Source of the DNA: Candidatus Acidiferrales bacterium | GTDB taxonomy: Bacteria; Acidobacteriota; Terriglobia; Acidiferrales; UBA7541 | NCBI GenBank assembly: GCA_049694295.1 | Contig: JBAVQT010000513.1 | Span: 1 to 35,487 of the forward strand | DNA length: 35,487 nt | Direction of reading: 5' to 3' | In this document: piece by piece, positions 33,335 to 35,487 of the stretch | How positions within the stretch are numbered: the first letter of the stretch is position 1 | How the letters are laid out: each line of letters opens with the position of its first letter | The notes under the pieces: model-generated | The model's database searches: none | Seen by the model: the letters and a program-made list of their open reading frames with translations, nothing else | Told to the model about the DNA's origin: nothing | Translations under genes and position numbers: made by a program

Positions 33335-34211
33335 CCGCGCGAGGCGCCGGGATGTCGTTGTAGGTGATCAAGCGAATTCCGCATTCAGCTATGATACTCC
33401 GCAACTCGTGATCCATCAGCCAGCGCAGCTCTTCTTCGCGTTGCGCGCGAATTGCGTCAGTTCCGTGAAAATCCGGATCGGGCAATCCCGGATGACATGC
33501 GAATTCGAAAGTGCCCGGCGGCAGATTCTGCAGCGTGATGCGCCAGCGTGCGCCGAGTGTTCGAAGATCCCCGCGATGGCGCGGCAGAAAAGCGACGCGG
33601 CTATCGGGAGAGGCAAAATCGCGAAACACCAGGGTTTGCAGGGCGCTGCGATAGGAATAGACGAGCAGCCGGCGCAACGCGCCTCCGGCGTGCGCCCCGC
33701 CGACTGATCCGGTTCGCGGCCAATAGCTGCATCGGGGCGCTCGTGCGCGGCCAATGCCTTCGGCCGCCAGCGCCCGAGCAAACGGTTGAGCTGCGGCGGG
33801 ATAGATGTGCATGTGCTGGTGCGAGTCGGCGTGCGTGGGTTGCAAGCCGCGATGCTTCATCCAGCGAATCTGTTCGCGAAACTCCCCTTCGATCTCCGCG
33901 GCGGACACCTGCCAGCGCCACAGCCGTCGCGCCATCACCGGTGCAGGATGGAAGTGGCCGTCGGGCCCCACCAAGCTCCGCGTTTCGCAAGGGTGCAGCA
34001 GCGGCCGTCCCTGGCAAATATTCAGATGCACGCCGACGGCCAGCTTTGGAGCGGTGCACAGTCGCGCGACGGCATATTCCGCAGCCGGCATGTTGGGCAT
34101 CAGCGACGCGCTGGTAAGGAACCCGTGCTTGTGCGCTATCAGGATGCCGTCGGTGATGCCCCGGCTCATTCCCAAATCATCGGCGTTGACGATTAGTCGT
34201 GTTTCGTTCAT
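33300..34211 (-). CDS. ChbG/HpnK (YdjC) family carbohydrate deacetylase
   Basis: MNETRLIVNADDLGMSRGITDGI, VGVHLN and HADSHQHMH. I use the ATG at 34211, which overlaps the upstream stop (ATGA at 34208-34211). The track ORF start at 34370 is rejected. Confidence 0.85.
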   Translation of the reverse strand: MNETRLIVNADDLGMSRGITDGILIAHKHGFLTSASLMPNMPAAEYAVARLCTAPKLAVGVHLNICQGRPLLHPCETRSLVGPDGHFHPAPVMARRLWRWQVSAAEIEGEFREQIRWMKHRGLQPTHADSHQHMHIYPAAAQPFARALAAEGIGRARAPRCSYWPRTGSVGGAHAGGALRRLLVYSYRSALQTLVFRDFASPDSRVAFLPRHRGDLRTLGARWRITLQNLPPGTFEFACHPGLPDPDFHGTDAIRAQREEELRWLMDHELRSIIAECGIRLITYNDIPAPRAVARLAAAAAAM

Positions 34212-35487
34212 GGCGTCACCTGCTTCACGATCAGTGGAATTTTTCCCCCGGGCCTCACGATTGGTTCGCGCGCCAGTTGCCAGGAAACGGTGAGCTCCGG
34301 ACCCAGCAATTGGCGGAGAGAGGCGCAAATCTCGGCGGCGGACCCGGCTGCGCCCGGCGTGCTTTCGCACCCGCCGTCTTTCGAGCCTTCGCTGTTGAGC
34401 ACGCTCGCAACGGCGCGTACCATCACGCGCTCGCGGCCATCGTGAACGAACTGGCAGAAACGCAGGCCGCTCGAGCGCTTCAAAATCTGATTAAGCGCCC
34501 GCGGCGAAAATATGCGGCCGTCCGGACATCGCAGGATGTCGCTCTCCCGCGTGATCGTGGGCACCACCAGCGGAAACGCGCGGCCGCACGCGCACGGGCG
34601 ACCTGTTTGTGCGCGCCCGCGATCGCCAATGCGGTAGCGGAGCAGCGGCATGGCGCGATTGAGAAAACCGGTCCAGACGAAATAGCCTTCCTGGCCGGCG
34701 GGAACGGGTTGGTCGTGCTCATCCAGAATCTCGAGCAGTCCGAACTCCGGAATTAAGTGCATGCCGCCGCTTTCGCACTCCTGAATCATTCCGCAGTATT
34801 CGGTCATGCCGTAACTATCGAAGGCGCGCGCCGCAAACGCTCTCTCGATTTTTTTGCGCAGGTGAGGCAGCAGCGGCTCGCCACTGGTGAAGATCGCGCG
34901 CATGGGAATAGGCTCGCCGCGCTCGAGAACGAAATCGGCCAGGATGCCCAGCACCGAAGGAAAGCCTTCGAGAATTTGCCCTTGGTGCTCGCGCAGAAAG
35001 ACGACATAGGCAGGAGCAGTCCGCTCGCCAAGATGGAAAATACTCATCAAGGTCTGGCGCTCGGGAGAATTGTGCGCCCAGAACGGCGGAGCGATTGCGC
35101 TCGCCGGAACCACGCGCGCACCAAAAAGCGTCACGCGCGGCTCGCGCGCCACCACACCCGCCCACGTCCACTGCCGCAGCAGCAGCGCCCAGTTCGCGCG
35201 CGCGAGTTCTTCGGTGTACGCGACTTGAAGATTTGCTCCCGTCGTTCCCGTGGTGCCCGCGCGAATTCGCCGGAGCGCGGGCGTGTCTCGCGAGAGGAAT
35301 TCCTCCTGATGTTCGCGCAGAGTTTCGCGGCGCAATACGGGCAGGCGGCGCAGATCGTCGAGCGTGCGGATCACGACGCGCGGATAACTCGCGTAGAAAG
35401 GCACGTTGGCCAGCGCGTGCTCGACGGCCCCGCCCAGCGCCGCGATCTGATAACGGGAAATTTCCTCATCGCGCCACGATTCATGGC
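34208..35487 (-). CDS. PaaK/CapK-like adenylate-forming ligase (phenylacetate-CoA ligase / coenzyme F390 synthetase family), 5'-truncated by the window edge
   Basis: GTTGTTGANL (phosphate loop), MTEYCGMIQECESGGMHL and YRIGDRG. The reading frame stays open upstream of the track's GTG at 35404 through to 35487 (…HESWRDEEISRYQIAALGGAVEHALANVPFY…), so the true start lies outside the window. Confidence 0.8.
   Translation of the reverse strand, partial: HESWRDEEISRYQIAALGGAVEHALANVPFYASYPRVVIRTLDDLRRLPVLRRETLREHQEEFLSRDTPALRRIRAGTTGTTGANLQVAYTEELARANWALLLRQWTWAGVVAREPRVTLFGARVVPASAIAPPFWAHNSPERQTLMSIFHLGERTAPAYVVFLREHQGQILEGFPSVLGILADFVLERGEPIPMRAIFTSGEPLLPHLRKKIERAFAARAFDSYGMTEYCGMIQECESGGMHLIPEFGLLEILDEHDQPVPAGQEGYFVWTGFLNRAMPLLRYRIGDRGRAQTGRPCACGRAFPLVVPTITRESDILRCPDGRIFSPRALNQILKRSSGLRFCQFVHDGRERVMVRAVASVLNSEGSKDGGCESTPGAAGSAAEICASLRQLLGPELTVSWQLAREPIVRPGGKIPLIVKQVTP

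Noticed and set aside
32084-34211. Reading the adjacent GT2 and YdjC genes as hopanoid side-chain genes hpnI/hpnK
   Set aside because: No radical-SAM hpnJ, squalene-hopene cyclase or other hpn genes are in view. The pair is translationally embedded between a Wzx flippase and an adenylate-forming ligase, with a WecA-like initiator, which fits a lipid-linked glycan pathway better. It cannot be fully excluded without phylogeny.
1-35487. Window-wide look for CRISPR arrays, transposases or integrases, IS inverted repeats, toxin-antitoxin pairs, restriction-modification or other defence hallmarks, and rRNA/tRNA genes
   Set aside because: None was found by eye. There are no regularly spaced repeats, no DDE/tyrosine-recombinase-like ORFs, no nuclease/ATPase/methylase signature proteins and no small adjacent TA-like pairs. 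The window looks like core chromosome with an accessory envelope and glycan component.

Overview
GC-rich bacterial chromosomal segment; long spurious antisense ORFs throughout are typical of high G+C DNA. The protein repertoire (Ig-like lipoproteins, a YXWGXW-repeat protein, TonB-C proteins with Ala/Pro/Ser linkers, secreted DinB-like protein) suggests an Acidobacteriota-like soil bacterium, but that is inference only. I support about 27 CDS. (1) Central metabolism: GTP-PEP carboxykinase and IspH. (2) A Bacillus-type beta-oxidation trio (FadN-like fused dehydrogenase/hydratase, thiolase, long acyl-CoA dehydrogenase) that is split apart by unrelated envelope genes, with a patatin-like lipase divergent from the first gene. 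(3) Several exported or membrane proteins of unknown function. (4) A divergent arginase-fold protein plus a HAD hydrolase downstream of ispH. (5) A 1194-aa protein with an unknown N-domain, a roughly 320-residue Gly/Ser tract, HEAT-like repeats and a C-terminal PilZ-like domain. (6) Convergent to it, a tightly overlapping minus-strand glycan operon that runs off the right edge: PaaK/CapK-like ligase, YdjC deacetylase, membrane GT2, Wzx-type flippase, orphan CapA-like protein and WecA/MraY-type initiating transferase. I found no rRNA, tRNA, CRISPR array, transposase, integrase or recognisable defence gene. The best candidates for new biology are the giant PilZ/HEAT/Gly-tract protein paired with the glycan operon and its deacetylase-ligase logic. 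Others are a ureohydrolase-fold protein with both His metal ligands replaced, a lipoprotein-signal-bearing SAM hydrolase (DUF62) homologue, a TonB-C protein with a cytoplasmic PilZ-like barrel, and a good sigma-54 promoter match in a 380-bp non-coding stretch. All family calls come from motif recognition by eye; no searches were run.
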